Positions 29,801 to 37,495 of a stretch of DNA of 64,000 nt are shown one piece after another. Below the pieces are notes generated by a model, which was not told the origin of the DNA, did not search any database, and saw only the letters and a program-made list of their open reading frames with translations. Both the position numbers and the translations under genes were made by a program. Positions within the stretch are counted from its first letter, which is position 1. Each line of letters begins with the position of its first letter. Source of the DNA: a virus; IMG/VR virus record IMGVR_UViG_3300006737_000029, positions 8,126 to 72,125 of that record; one strand, given 5' to 3'.

Positions 29801-30481
29801 TTCAACACACTTGATTGGGCTGGAGATATAGTAAGACCTGCCCTAGTTTCAGGGTTACCTGAAGATTGGAAACAAAATGCTTTTGGTGATGCTCAATATT
29901 ATGATGCTGGAAAAAGATTGATTGAAAGTCCAAGTTGGAAAAATCTTGGTACAGTTGGTTTAGATATAGCATCTGTTGTACCTGTTGGTAGAGGTGCAAG
30001 TATGATTTATAATGCTGGAAAACAAGGTTTAAGAAATACAAAATTTTTAACTTCAGGTTTAAATAGTAGTAAAAGTCTTAGAGGTAACTTTAATACATTA
30101 AAAGGTAACTATAGTGATTTTAGATATATGAACCCTAAATTAAAAAATATGTATAGCTTTGATAAACAAAATCCTGGAGCATTACGTACTCATTTAAATC
30201 AAAAAGGTCCTTTTACTGTTAATACTCCCGCTGGTCGTCAATATAACTTAACAGGAGATATGTTTAGTCCTAATCAAACACTTATTGGAAAAAACAATAT
30301 TAATTATGGTGCAGCGTTTGATAAGTACAAACATTATGGAATTGCACCTGGATATATTGCAAATAGTTTTATGGAACCTAATCAGAACATAACATTTGGT
30401 CAACCAAGTTTTTTGAATACACAGATACCTTCCAGTACATACAATCAAAAACTACCTTTGAATTATTTCAAAGCAAAATAA
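23846..30481 (+). CDS. 2211-aa polyvalent (probably virion-delivered) protein: unknown domain, kinase-like, polyvalent-protein domain, GH24-like lysozyme, unknown domain
   Basis: HLDMHSNNIMV...KIIDP kinase loops; HGWMR...KELQTD motif; TVGFG...ADFTYNLG...GRN lysozyme motifs; repeated KxGGxLPKAQxG linkers. Confidence 0.7.
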   Translation: MSRKLKNKSKKILPKAQSGRFLIGSNSPRFVPPKIRPNFVRSLRNYYPNLDIRGIGTQPNLFSGINELGMPTSNFANLTDYEKTALGRFNIGEYQPVDSRFNNLVQNYQHLNTDKNLAIDMANMAVDFSQTSPGSYFEVLTKGEPSSFMSEIFRDPNINVFNARNPIVNDGTYDYNNPYAGNFRDNFTGEFEKNLRSYGKHGFYANQVPLSGATEIANRFMPANMQLRPITSYGKGDNYFANQMSLAPKGTYPYNITTRPGYDYLQVGSPVADYMVTGSTMYNVDPISNLGKYRGRGEMDNQHNFLLGRTNSPSIILSGDQGFAGMQGGNDKRRLWSGIETPGRGKNVPNLNTNLSPLLRETFNLNTPFQGTFMKFPYMNTYERTIDGNIPRTERIGADGKVEEISSWNIDDRHKSFNDLTSDNRIAYRKNFDWLRPMSRENHFYPGTFLKQDGSPFNVDFDYTRGVPANPKLGQIDQYIPSYFLGFDWGMKPNYGLPNKYKYLDDFDIKSLPNLRDKKEKGGELPKAQFGKGLFGNLFKKPNIGLKGGKQYDYANKRFVQPKALENTNIYRKTASERTHPVIGDYSFSSMQGEYDWLQNANQMSDKFVIAKNPIYNNDGQLISYDMPNLTNDGYLTLNDFFDRSGDENFKSLFKTEKSIDGLLQDINKQGLFHLDMHSNNIMVKPGFGGSILDYKIIDPVGLPQITRDMDFSTFAPLEFNQLKLNLHPTFYPETTQSTRFNNVMDFYGGIEKDRYGTILLPNEAKFNSKGEWKKEGGQLPKAQMGRFKFSPKVRNKMTTDGNLLPVKKFDKLIARNFTTGEQQYLQNLLLSNPSLVQNGNINLNNLELAADKSAMSFKFQDINDFDTRMVNGVEGVRSRWTDVGSVDPTFTYLTGDTPDFGLYRYPEILPSQFSYLNQSNVRSPYMQFKGDQITPTNFSIGMTGLNKPYLDNHHDGLHILDPGAHGWMRGFVDKRFPNRYNLKELQTDINKDPMFDLLKSKNISQLSEQVDKSKFRIGKNEKEIARTQNELQLIQQRKNEIYGRDEYTDELAELERLEEGLTQSLEHHMKNYPLAKRIMANSDGDMSNLIQLSRIGFDPYARLNNEAFAFLQDKGFNEIVIPNAKTIAQIQGWDPDLPNSYKGTLNYYNTLQNNSQLTNTGNTFDLDNYSGNIFNLQRTQKPFELFKKYGGQTSTYSLDTKHKNYKKGAEIYKYGGQTYSMEKAQNGKETNTYDQEYGMFENWLQEQEASWDYIKNTPSSVLKPDGKTYYMMYEDNKFYPYYFKNSDGTVETEATVGFGMKGADVYETYKDGMSLEEAETGRKKDIDNALRKTKIFIDANYGEGEYDKLDAREKFMLADFTYNLGKLSKYPNFADAIMTNNFDKALAEYIRKDQEGGTELGRNDAYLNTYLQPWINSEQEKIAEEAANLERMNNLMQEQLVIPADNTMVGQNSFGGWKAGGETIKNKKMKTKDLDYFKNGGSLKKAQNGFSGASLLSNPNNQQSSLMNKMQNILYQNQVDQYYEPYGGKEEYEKMRRWAQYQDALASGNESVINAYKSLYPEFENMSYGDAFALSRQSQEFASPGAFGLEGETNTMFKMPYGDDGMPNFRWNNQVYGVEEGDDNIFDWRTGDQIDNMFGDIDQQMNMDFLIANPDLTNANPEDYYNYMVEYYKDDKDKSRLLRDIKKNNPKNYLNMLSPSMNSGLYNALRTQQGLDASLDPSGWNDPDGDEIVEDSDIKSLYNPEINYVDNIGGGAGYTSMSGDHGYAAWQNVPLSNVAGDYQDMGTNQHAVDSYLASDQFNLGSEAAKKWLANYNKENLATFKEDFGKAWFTNSDPNSAYPSQTLNKEQYNKFLEYTPGQEGEGRNDLFENIYNAMNHQIATNNIGNNTLTFNNPNNNEEDLLDFANGDMYEYLKDRRMGLLNAKGDRFNAGKANLWGQTVPVTNERSNQPTSFYEANVSKPWNNVLNWANAPTGAPPLSGLIFNTLDWAGDIVRPALVSGLPEDWKQNAFGDAQYYDAGKRLIESPSWKNLGTVGLDIASVVPVGRGASMIYNAGKQGLRNTKFLTSGLNSSKSLRGNFNTLKGNYSDFRYMNPKLKNMYSFDKQNPGALRTHLNQKGPFTVNTPAGRQYNLTGDMFSPNQTLIGKNNINYGAAFDKYKHYGIAPGYIANSFMEPNQNITFGQPSFLNTQIPSSTYNQKLPLNYFKAK

Positions 30482-30517
30482 ATTATTAATTACTTGCAAG
30501 TTTAATGTTTTTATTTA

Positions 30518-30525
30518 TAACTTTG
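30518..30525 (+). promoter_or_regulatory. Bacteroidota -7 element (TAACTTTG)
   Basis: TAnnTTTG 18 nt upstream of ATG 30544. Confidence 0.55.
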
Positions 30526-30543
30526 CAACCAAAAACATAACAT

Positions 30544-30849
30544 ATGAGTATAGAAGACTTAAACTGGGACGAATTTAATAATATGAGTGAAACAGAACAG
30601 ATAAAACATGAAGAAGCATTTATTCATCATGCGTTTCTAAATTCATACCGCCTTCTTGTAGGGAATGATACATATTTAAAATTCCTAGAAGAGGAGAAAC
30701 CTACCGTATCTCTTACATTTATGCATGACATCACATCATCTGACAATCCAGATGAGGAAGATGTTTTAAATTTAATTGATTACTTTGCAGAAAGAGATGA
30801 TTTTGATAAATGCATTGCACTCAGAGATAAATTTATAAAAAAAAAATAG
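30544..30849 (+). CDS. hypothetical protein with C-terminal UVR-like motif
   Basis: LIDYFAERDDFDKCIALRD resembles the UvrB/UvrC (E.YE.AA.LRD) motif. Confidence 0.6.
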   Translation: MSIEDLNWDEFNNMSETEQIKHEEAFIHHAFLNSYRLLVGNDTYLKFLEEEKPTVSLTFMHDITSSDNPDEEDVLNLIDYFAERDDFDKCIALRDKFIKKK

Positions 30850-30867
30850 TTAACTAAACCATTTGTT

Positions 30868-31533
30868 ATGCCAACTGCAAACAAAAGCAAGACTCCACCA
30901 CGTGGAGCAATAAGATTTTCAATAAGTCTTTCTGAAGAACAAAAAAAAGCCAAAACTGAAATATTAAAAAAACCTTATAACTTTATTGTAGGAAGAGCAG
31001 GTAGTGGAAAAACACTTCTTGCAGTTCAAATTGCTTTAGATCAGTTCTTTAAAAGACAATATAATAAAATTATAATTACAAGACCTACAGTATCAACAGA
31101 AGACAACGGTTTCTTACCCGGATCTGAACGTGAAAAAATGGAACCTTGGCTAGTACCTATTAGATCAAACATGCGTAAGGTATATAATAAACCTTTGATT
31201 CTTGAGAAGATGGAGAAAGAAGAAAAGATTGAATTGTGCTCTCTGGCTCATTTTAGAGGCCGTACATTTGATAACTCTATTGTAATAGTAGATGAGTTCC
31301 AGAATCTAACTAGAAGTCAATTAGCAATGGCAATTGGTAGATTAGGAAAAGATTCAAAAATAATCTTTTGTGGTGACTCATATCAGATTGATCTAAAAGA
31401 TAAAAACTATTCAGCTTATCATGACATGTCTAAACTGACTAATTCTAAATATGTATTTAAAACAGTATTAGAAGATTCACACAGACATGATGCAATTGAA
31501 GAGCTACTTGATCTATTAAACGGGTATCACTAG
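30868..31533 (+). CDS. phoH: PhoH-like ATPase
   Basis: GRAGSGKT, ITRP, GFLPG, RGRTF, DEFQN, GDSYQIDL, HRH motifs. Confidence 0.92.
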   Translation: MPTANKSKTPPRGAIRFSISLSEEQKKAKTEILKKPYNFIVGRAGSGKTLLAVQIALDQFFKRQYNKIIITRPTVSTEDNGFLPGSEREKMEPWLVPIRSNMRKVYNKPLILEKMEKEEKIELCSLAHFRGRTFDNSIVIVDEFQNLTRSQLAMAIGRLGKDSKIIFCGDSYQIDLKDKNYSAYHDMSKLTNSKYVFKTVLEDSHRHDAIEELLDLLNGYH

Positions 31534-31642
31534 ATAAGAATTAAACTTATTTTATTTAATTTTAAAAAAAATACAAGAAGATAAACCTTTTTTGTTTATT
31601 TTTTTGTATATTTGTAATATATTAATCATAAATCAATTTAAA

Positions 31643-31921
31643 ATGGCAGAAAAAATGCAACAAGAACTATCAGACGAAGAAATGGTAGCAAAACGTGAAG
31701 AAATTACAACGTTTTACAAAGAAAACATTGAACACTTAAAAGTTCAATTAGAGTATGAAGGTATGTTAAGAGATATTGAAAAGGCAAGAGCTGAAAGAGT
31801 TCAAGCTCAAATGTTCTTAGCACAAGCAGCTGCTCCACCTCCATCTACTGAAAATGGTAACCCAACTCCTGATGAAGTACCAGCAAAAAGGACTTTAAAA
31901 AGAGTACAAGATGAGGTATAG
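31643..31921 (+). CDS. hypothetical coiled-coil protein
   Basis: Likely start MAEKMQQ at 31643; TATATTTG at 31607-31614 lies inside the longer ORF-track call. Confidence 0.65.
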   Translation: MAEKMQQELSDEEMVAKREEITTFYKENIEHLKVQLEYEGMLRDIEKARAERVQAQMFLAQAAAPPPSTENGNPTPDEVPAKRTLKRVQDEV

Positions 31922-32534
31922 CAAAGAACAAATTAAAAGGACGCTAGAAACTAAAGGTCACAAGTGGTTTGAAAATGGAGACTACAATGTAAATATTGTA
32001 GGAGTAAGAAATTCTGAAACTGCAGGTAAAGTAACTAATAAGTTTGATGATACAATGACTGTGTCATATAAAGTTAATGGAGAATGGGTATATCATGAAT
32101 TTGATTGTACTACTGATCCTGGCTCACATTATATGGATGCACCAATTGTTAAATCAAAAGGTACTGCAGTATTAAAAGAAGGACAATATCCTAAATCACA
32201 TAAGATTAGAAAACATCAAGGTAGATATGAAGCATTAGGACAACAAAATCCTGTAACAGTTTATAGAGATAATAATAGAGATGACATCTATAACTTTAAC
32301 TCAGAAAATTTAGATACAGGATTATTTGGTATTAATATTCATAGAGCCACTAAATATGCTGGTAAAAAGTCAACACAAGTAGATAAATGGTCTGCAGGTT
32401 GTCAAGTAATTGCCTCTAATGATGATTGGACTAAGTTCATGAAGATTATGAGAAAGGCTAGAGATACCTGGAGTAATAATTTTACATATACTTTAGTTAA
32501 CAGCAATGATATTGTTAAGACATGGCTGTCGTAA
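31911..32534 (+). CDS. YkuD/L,D-transpeptidase-fold peptidoglycan enzyme, candidate endolysin
   Basis: TTDPG, GINIHRA...WSAGCQV giving the H-x(n)-S-x-G-C catalytic signature. Confidence 0.6.
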   Translation: MRYSKEQIKRTLETKGHKWFENGDYNVNIVGVRNSETAGKVTNKFDDTMTVSYKVNGEWVYHEFDCTTDPGSHYMDAPIVKSKGTAVLKEGQYPKSHKIRKHQGRYEALGQQNPVTVYRDNNRDDIYNFNSENLDTGLFGINIHRATKYAGKKSTQVDKWSAGCQVIASNDDWTKFMKIMRKARDTWSNNFTYTLVNSNDIVKTWLS

Positions 32535-32875
32535 ATAAAGTTGATAAAAGAGTTAAGGTAACTAAAGATGCTATAATAAAGTATCAAATAGTTACATATT
32601 GTTTTTTAAATGATATACAAATAAGTAAAGCTGATTTAGAATGTTTAAATGAATTAGCTAAACTCAAAGATGCTGAATTAAATAAATTCTGTAAAGTAAT
32701 ATCTGAAAAGCAAATCTTTAAAAGCCCTCAATCATGCAGAAATGCAATCCAAAAAGCAAAATCCAAAGGATTGATTGAGAAGGTTGATAAAAAAATTCTT
32801 TTATCATCTGATATACAACTGCAAGTAGATGGGAGTATTTTATTAGATTATAAAATTCTTAGTGTTGAAGAATAA
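32522..32875 (+). CDS. hypothetical, possible winged-helix DNA-binding protein
   Basis: SPQSCRNAIQKAKSKGLIEK helix-wing pattern. Confidence 0.5.
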   Translation: MAVVNKVDKRVKVTKDAIIKYQIVTYCFLNDIQISKADLECLNELAKLKDAELNKFCKVISEKQIFKSPQSCRNAIQKAKSKGLIEKVDKKILLSSDIQLQVDGSILLDYKILSVEE

Positions 32876-33236
32876 TATAAAACCAAAAACATATAAAATA
32901 TTCTATTCTGATATTGCAAAGGAATGTGAGGTACATGAGAATTTGGTAGAAGAGTTTGTAAGATTTTTCTATAGTGAGATAAGAAAGCATCTAGAAGAAC
33001 TAGATCACACAAGAATTCTTTTACCAAATCTCGGTACTTTCATTATAAGAAAAAATAGAATTGAGAGATCAATTAAAAGACATAAAGACATGTTGGGAAA
33101 CATGGAAAAAACAACGTACACAGGATATGGTAAACATTTACCTGTAAAAGAGAAGTTACTTAAAATGGAAAAAGCTCTTGTACGTATTGAAGAAGAGTTA
33201 GTAAATAAAAAAAATTGGAAAGATGAAAATAAATAA
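32862..33236 (+). CDS. HU/IHF-like DNA-binding protein
   Basis: IAKEC...LVEEFVRFF...ILLPNLGTFIIRK; such genes are typical near crAss-like terminase genes. Confidence 0.65.
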   Translation: MLKNNIKPKTYKIFYSDIAKECEVHENLVEEFVRFFYSEIRKHLEELDHTRILLPNLGTFIIRKNRIERSIKRHKDMLGNMEKTTYTGYGKHLPVKEKLLKMEKALVRIEEELVNKKNWKDENK

Positions 33237-33561
33237 ACTTTTAAATGCAGTAAAACATCTAGATAAAGTATATGAAGGTGTAAAAAATAGTATATGGAAA
33301 GATGAATTTGTTGAAGAAATTGCAAATGATAGATATAGTATATGCACTAAATGTGCAATGTTTGACTTAAAAGGACATCATTGTGCAATGCCTAAAACAC
33401 AACCTTGTTGTGCAAGTTGTGGTTGTAGTTTAGCATTTAAAGTAAGATCTTTATCAAGCGGCTGCCCTTTACATCATTGGGATGCAATTATGTCTGAAGC
33501 TGACGAAAACCAATTAACAGAAAATCAACGTAAAAATAAAAAAGATGCCGGTAATATTTAA
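33223..33561 (+). CDS. Cys-rich Zn-binding protein
   Basis: RYSICTKC...CASCGCSLAFKVRSLSSGCPLHHW. Confidence 0.65.
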   Translation: MKINKLLNAVKHLDKVYEGVKNSIWKDEFVEEIANDRYSICTKCAMFDLKGHHCAMPKTQPCCASCGCSLAFKVRSLSSGCPLHHWDAIMSEADENQLTENQRKNKKDAGNI

Positions 33562-34378
33562 AGAAGATGGACATGTGTATCAAAGTTTAGATGAAAACTT
33601 AGAAAAGGATAATATAAATTGGACAAGTGTTACATCTTTTATTGCAAAGTTTAAACCTAAGTTTGATAAAAAAGCTGTTGCAAAAAAATCTTGTAAAAAT
33701 AAACGTTCAAAATGGTTTGGACTTAAACCTAAAGAAGTTATTAAAATTTGGGAAAAAGAAACAGATAGAGCAATTAAGTTAGGTAATTGGTACCATAATC
33801 AGAGAGAGTCTGATATGCTTGATTTTAAAACAATAGAACGTGAAGGGGTAGAGATACCTATAATAAAACCTTTAGTTGATTCTACAGGTATTAAAATGGC
33901 TCCTGTGCAAAAGTTAGAGCCTGGTGTTTACCCAGAACACTTTGCATTCCTAAAATCAGCTTGCATCTGTGGACAAGCAGATCTTGTAGAAGTAGTTAAT
34001 GGAAAAGTAAACATTACTGATTATAAAACTAATAAAGAGATAAAAGAGAAAGGTTTTACAAACTGGGAAGGTATAACATCAAAAATGTTTAAACCTGTAA
34101 ATAACCTTGAGGATTGTAATTTAAATCATTATAATTTACAATTAAGTATTTATATGTACATTATACTTAAGCATAATCCAAAATTAAAAGCTGGTAAACT
34201 TACAATACAACATGTATCATTTGAAAAAGAAAAAGATGATGAATATGGATACCCAATTAACAAATATAATTCTGACGGAGATCCAATTATAAAAGAAATA
34301 AAAATGTATAACCTTCCATATCTTAAAGATGAAGTAAGAAGTTTAATAATGTGGATAAAAGATAATCCATTATGCTAG
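33545..34378 (+). CDS. PD-(D/E)XK (Cas4-like) nuclease
   Basis: SVTSFI, G-x-x-x-H, CGQADLV...ITDYKTN, YNLQLSIY. Confidence 0.8.
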   Translation: MPVIFKEDGHVYQSLDENLEKDNINWTSVTSFIAKFKPKFDKKAVAKKSCKNKRSKWFGLKPKEVIKIWEKETDRAIKLGNWYHNQRESDMLDFKTIEREGVEIPIIKPLVDSTGIKMAPVQKLEPGVYPEHFAFLKSACICGQADLVEVVNGKVNITDYKTNKEIKEKGFTNWEGITSKMFKPVNNLEDCNLNHYNLQLSIYMYIILKHNPKLKAGKLTIQHVSFEKEKDDEYGYPINKYNSDGDPIIKEIKMYNLPYLKDEVRSLIMWIKDNPLC

Positions 34379-34890
34379 TAAAATTATTTGACATACAAAA
34401 TGATAAAGTAATTCCATCAGAACACTGTTATACAATAAAAAGTTTAAAGAACATAATGGATAAATATCCTGACACACACATGAGTGTTTACCTTTATGTA
34501 TTCTATATGACATGTCCAGATCCAGATATGAATCCTTTCTTTAATATGCCTGAGCATGAAAAAGAAGAAATCATAATAGAGGAGATTGGATTAGAAGAAT
34601 CTCCAGAAGATGAAATAATAATAAATGCAATACGTAGATGTGAAGATTTATATCAAACTCCTACATTTAGAGCATACAAAGGAATTAAGTCTATGTTAGA
34701 TAGACTTGCAAGATATATGGAAACCACATCTATTGAACATGGTAGAGATGGTAATTTAACATCATTAGTAAATACTGCAGCTAAGTTTGATCAAATAAGA
34801 CAATCATTCAAGGGTGCGTATAATGATATGAAAGATGAACAAAAAAGCCAAGTACGTGGAGGACAAGGTTTGGCTTATGATCAAATGTAA
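34372..34890 (+). CDS. conserved hypothetical protein, possible terminase small subunit
   Basis: Helical 172-aa protein two genes upstream of terL, ending VRGG...; assignment by position only. Confidence 0.4.
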   Translation: MLVKLFDIQNDKVIPSEHCYTIKSLKNIMDKYPDTHMSVYLYVFYMTCPDPDMNPFFNMPEHEKEEIIIEEIGLEESPEDEIIINAIRRCEDLYQTPTFRAYKGIKSMLDRLARYMETTSIEHGRDGNLTSLVNTAAKFDQIRQSFKGAYNDMKDEQKSQVRGGQGLAYDQM

Positions 34891-34912
34891 TAACTTTAAA
34901 AACTAAAAAAAA

Positions 34913-35188
34913 ATGCAAAAAATTATCCCATTAGGTAACAAGGTGTTAGTCAAGTTACATGAAAAAAAAGAGACATACGGTAATTCTGGTATATTTATAC
35001 CTGACTCAGCACAAGAAGAACCTATGACAGCAACAATAATGTCAGTAGGTGAAGATGTAAAAACAATGAAAGAAGGAGACAATGTAAGATTAAGTGAGTT
35101 TGGTACTCCAATGTCAATTGAATCTGAAGGTGTTACCTGTTTATTATTTAATTCACAAGATATTGTTGCTAAAGTAATTGATGTATAA
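34913..35188 (+). CDS. groES: co-chaperonin GroES
   Basis: IIPLGNKVLVK, mobile loop SGIFIPDSAQE, VG...KEGDNV, DIVAKV. Confidence 0.88.
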   Translation: MQKIIPLGNKVLVKLHEKKETYGNSGIFIPDSAQEEPMTATIMSVGEDVKTMKEGDNVRLSEFGTPMSIESEGVTCLLFNSQDIVAKVIDV

Positions 35189-37370
35189 AATAGTTCCAAC
35201 ATATAAGGATGGTAAATGGTCAGAGACTGAATTTGAATCAATAGAGGATTTTAGATCTTTTATTGATTCAATATTTAAAGAGCCTGGTGAATATGGTTTT
35301 GATTCTACCGCCTTATTATTTAATGAACAAGCAGTTAAGTTTAATACTGATGGTGTCTATTGTGATAAACCCTTTAGATCAAAAGATTTTATAAAATACT
35401 GGAATGATCAAAAAAACAAATGTAGAGAAGGCGTAATATATCACAGTGATAATAAAAGCTGGTATATAACTAGAGATTATTATATGTGGTTAAATTTCTT
35501 ACCAATCTTTGATAAAGAAGAAAAGAAATACGGATTTGCAAAAATAAGAGATGCACAGTACCATATGGCTTTATATGAGCTAATGGCTGAGATAAACTAT
35601 AAACATGTAGCAATACTTAAAAAAAGACAGATTGCTTCTTCTTATTTCCATATGGCAAAGATTGTTAATCAATACTGGTTTGAGGAAGGATCAATATGTA
35701 AGATTGGAGCTTCACTAAAAGATTATATTAATGATAAGGGTTCATGGAAATTTTTAGATGAATATGCAACATTTCTTAATCAACATACAGCATGGTATAG
35801 ACCTAACAATCCAGATAAAGTTCTTCTTTGGGAACAAAAGATTGAAGTTAGAATTAACAACAGAAAAACTCAAAGAGGTTTAAGATCAAAAATACAAGGT
35901 GCATCATTTGAAAAGAATGCAACAACAGGTGTAGGTGGACCATGTACCTACTTCTTTCATGAAGAGGCGGGTATTGCTCCTAAGATGGATCAAACATATG
36001 AATATATTAGACCTGCAATGTCTTCTGGTATGATGACTACAGGTCAATTTATTGCAGCTGGATCTGTGGGTGATCTAGATCAGTGTGAACCATTAAAAAA
36101 GATGATACTAAATCCTGAAGCAAACGGTATACTTGGAATTGAAACAGATTTAATGGATGATAAAGGCACAATAGGAATTGCTGGATTATTTATTCCAGAA
36201 CAATGGTCTATGCCTCCTTATATAGATAATTACGGTAATTCAAAAATTGAAGAATCACTAGTTGCTATTGAGAAAGAAAGAAGTCAATGGAAAGATGAAT
36301 TAGATCCTGAACAGTTTCAATTACGTATATCTCAAAAACCAATCAATATAAATGAAGCATTTGCATACAGGAAAGCTTCAATATTCCCACAAAGTTTTCT
36401 AACTAAACAAATGAGAAGGATTGAACGTAAAGAATACTCATATGAATTTATTGAATTAGAAAGAACTGATAAGGGAATTAAAGCAAATAAATCTAATAGA
36501 ACACCTATAGATGAATTTCCAGTAAGAAAAAAGAGGGAAGATAAAGGGGGTGTACTACAAGTTTGGGAAAGACCAATTAAAGATCCTGGTTTTGGAACTT
36601 ACTATGCTTCTATTGACCCTGTGTCAGAAGGTAAAACAACAACATCAGATTCACTTTGTAGTATTATTGTATATAAAAATCCAATAGAAGTAACAAAAGA
36701 AACTCCTGAAGGTTTAGAAACATTTATTGAAGGGGATAAAATTGTTGCTACGTGGTGTGGAAGATATGATGACATTAACAAAACACATGAACAATTAGAA
36801 AAGATTATTGAATGGTATAATGCATGGACAATTGTTGAAAATAATATATCATTATTTATTCAATATATGATTGCTAAAAGAAAACAAAAATATTTAGTTC
36901 CAAGATCACAGATGGTCTTTCTAAAAGACCTTGGTTCAAATAATAATGTATTTCAAGAATATGGTTGGAAAAATACAGGAACATTATTTAAAAGTCATCT
37001 TATATCATATGCAATTGAATTCATTAGAGAATCAATTGATGAGCAATTGGATGATAATGGTGAAGTAACAAAAGTTACATTTGGTGTAGAAAGAATTCCT
37101 GATAAAATGCTTATAACAGAAATGCTTCAATATTATCCAGGTTTAAACGTGGATAGACTTGTGTCATTTGCTGCATTAGTGTCATTTGCTAAGATGCAAC
37201 AAGCAAATAGAGGGTATGTTAAACGAAAAGAGAAAGATAAGTCACTAGAATCTTTGGAAAATTCACAAAATTTGTATAAATTGAATATGAGACCTTTTAG
37301 TAATTTAGGTAGAGGAAAGATCAACTCTACTATGAAAAAAAGAAGAAGTCCATTTAAAAGATTAAAATAA
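35178..37370 (+). CDS. terL: terminase large subunit
   Basis: KKRQIASSY Walker A-like, FFHEEAG Walker B, ASIDPV nuclease Asp, IVENN, NVDRLVS; precedes portal. Confidence 0.88.
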   Translation: MMYKIVPTYKDGKWSETEFESIEDFRSFIDSIFKEPGEYGFDSTALLFNEQAVKFNTDGVYCDKPFRSKDFIKYWNDQKNKCREGVIYHSDNKSWYITRDYYMWLNFLPIFDKEEKKYGFAKIRDAQYHMALYELMAEINYKHVAILKKRQIASSYFHMAKIVNQYWFEEGSICKIGASLKDYINDKGSWKFLDEYATFLNQHTAWYRPNNPDKVLLWEQKIEVRINNRKTQRGLRSKIQGASFEKNATTGVGGPCTYFFHEEAGIAPKMDQTYEYIRPAMSSGMMTTGQFIAAGSVGDLDQCEPLKKMILNPEANGILGIETDLMDDKGTIGIAGLFIPEQWSMPPYIDNYGNSKIEESLVAIEKERSQWKDELDPEQFQLRISQKPININEAFAYRKASIFPQSFLTKQMRRIERKEYSYEFIELERTDKGIKANKSNRTPIDEFPVRKKREDKGGVLQVWERPIKDPGFGTYYASIDPVSEGKTTTSDSLCSIIVYKNPIEVTKETPEGLETFIEGDKIVATWCGRYDDINKTHEQLEKIIEWYNAWTIVENNISLFIQYMIAKRKQKYLVPRSQMVFLKDLGSNNNVFQEYGWKNTGTLFKSHLISYAIEFIRESIDEQLDDNGEVTKVTFGVERIPDKMLITEMLQYYPGLNVDRLVSFAALVSFAKMQQANRGYVKRKEKDKSLESLENSQNLYKLNMRPFSNLGRGKINSTMKKRRSPFKRLK

Positions 37371-37492
37371 TGTATGATTGGGTAACAACTACTACTATTG
37401 ATAATGATGGAATATACAATTCTATTCAGTACATTTATGTGTATAGTACATATACTCCTGAAGATGATATTATCTATAATGAAAATAATTAG
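37370..37492 (+). CDS. 40-aa hypothetical peptide (not in ORF track)
   Basis: ATG overlaps the terL stop (TAATG); MYDWVTTTTIDNDGIYNSIQYIYVYSTYTPEDDIIYNENN*; fills the terL-portal gap. Confidence 0.45.
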   Translation: MYDWVTTTTIDNDGIYNSIQYIYVYSTYTPEDDIIYNENN

Positions 37493-37495
37493 AAT

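Noticed and set aside
23846-30481. 2211-aa protein as the crAss-type virion RNA polymerase
   Set aside because: No DxDxD (DFDID-like) catalytic motif found; LDDFDIK does not fit, and the recognisable domains are kinase-like and lysozyme. RNAP genes may lie outside the window.
4173-34378. Cas4-like nucleases as part of a CRISPR-Cas system
   Set aside because: No cas1/cas2, effector genes or array; stand-alone PD-(D/E)XK nucleases are common in these phages.
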